Shown: one piece after another, positions 63,160 through 64,000 of the stretch
Layout: each line of letters starts with the position of its first letter
Position numbering within the stretch: position 1 is the stretch's first letter
Source of the DNA: Mobula hypostoma
Taxonomy: Eukaryota
NCBI RefSeq assembly: GCF_963921235.1
Contig: NC_086108.1
Location: forward strand, 114,516,001-114,580,000
Direction of reading: 5' to 3'
DNA: 64,000 nt
Notes under the pieces: generated by a model
The model's database searches: none
The model's input: the letters and a program-made list of their open reading frames with translations, nothing else
What the model was told of the DNA's origin: nothing
Program-made: the position numbers and the translations under genes

Positions 63160-63500
63160 CAAGAAAAGGTGGGTGGGTGGGAGTGAAGTGAGAAGCTGGG
63201 AGGTGACGGGTGTAAAAGGTAAAGGCGGCAGAAGGAGGAATCGGATAGGAGAGGAGAGTGGGCCTCGGAATAAAGGGCAAGTGGAGTATATGAGGAAAAG
63301 GGGCGAGAGGAACCCAGAATGGGGAATTTTAAACAGAGAGACAGTTGGAGGGGGGGTGGGAAGAGATTACTAGAAGTTGGAGAAATCAACATTCAAGTCA
63401 ACAGGTTGGAGGTGACAGAGGCAGAATATGTCTGTACTGACATGTCAAAATAAGAATGGGAAGTTAAGTTGAAATGGGTGGCCACTGGGAGATCCTATCT
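63160..63500 (-). mobile_element. Old Penelope fragment
   Basis: gaagttggagaaatcaacattca and gaaatgggtggccactgggagatcc are homologous to 1310-1490. Confidence 0.65.
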
Positions 63501-63509
63501 TTTTTTTCT

Positions 63510-64000
63510 TCATAGGAGAATTAGGCCATTTGGCTCTTCAAGTCTGCTCTGCCATTCAATCAAGACTTATCTTTTTCTCCCCTCCTCAGCCCCACTCACC
63601 GGCATTCTCCCCGTAACCTTTGCTGCCGTGTCCAATCAAGAACCTATCAAGCTCTGCCTTAAATACACCCAACAGCCTGGCCTCCATAGCTGCCTGTGGT
63701 AATAAATTTCACAAATTCACCAGCCTCTGGTTATAGAAATTTCTCCGCATCTGTTTTGAAAGAGCGCCCCTTTATCCTGAGGCTGTGCCTTCTTGTCCTA
63801 GACTCCCCCACCATGGGAAACATCCTTTCCACATCCACCATGTCTAGGCCTTCTAAAATTCGAAAGGTTTCAATGAGATCACCTCTCATCCTTCTAAGTT
63901 CCTGCAAGTACAGACCCAGAGCTATCAAACGTTCCTCGTATGATAGAAACATAGAAAATAGGTGTAGGAGTAGGCCATTCGGCCCTTCGAGCCTGCACCA
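63510..64000 (-). mobile_element. CR1 3' end (63510-63945) and the tail of a further CR1 running off the window
   Basis: ORF 63731-63952 RRMRGDLIETF. New tail atagaaacatagaaaataggtg at ~63943. Confidence 0.8.

Overview
Eukaryotic genomic DNA, not prokaryotic. The repeat content (CR1/HER1-type LINEs with esterase ORF1, V-SINE/HE1-like SINEs, Penelope-like elements, Rex1/Babar, RTE, Gypsy LTRs) suggests a cartilaginous fish, probably a ray (inference). Most of the window is degraded, often nested retroelements and tandem repeats, including a ~12.5 kb C/A-rich satellite (25160-37660). Nearly all ORFs in the supplied track are TE fragments or repeat artefacts. Three non-repeat segments on the minus strand (62341-62532, 24769-24846, 2200-2407) have canonical splice sites and compatible phases. 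They look like exons of a host gene that I cannot name, separated by ~37 kb and ~22 kb introns. The most notable signals are: (i) repeated minimal type-I hammerhead ribozyme motifs in Penelope-derived 3' modules, some inserted with clean TSDs or folded into palindromes; (ii) an intronic satellite that reads as hundreds of 5' splice-site consensus motifs on the host sense strand; (iii) alternative open frames in the candidate exons; (iv) two inverted young CR1 copies that share an 11-nt frameshift; (v) a minisatellite born from a CR1 3' end. Element boundaries were read by eye and are approximate unless TSDs are quoted.
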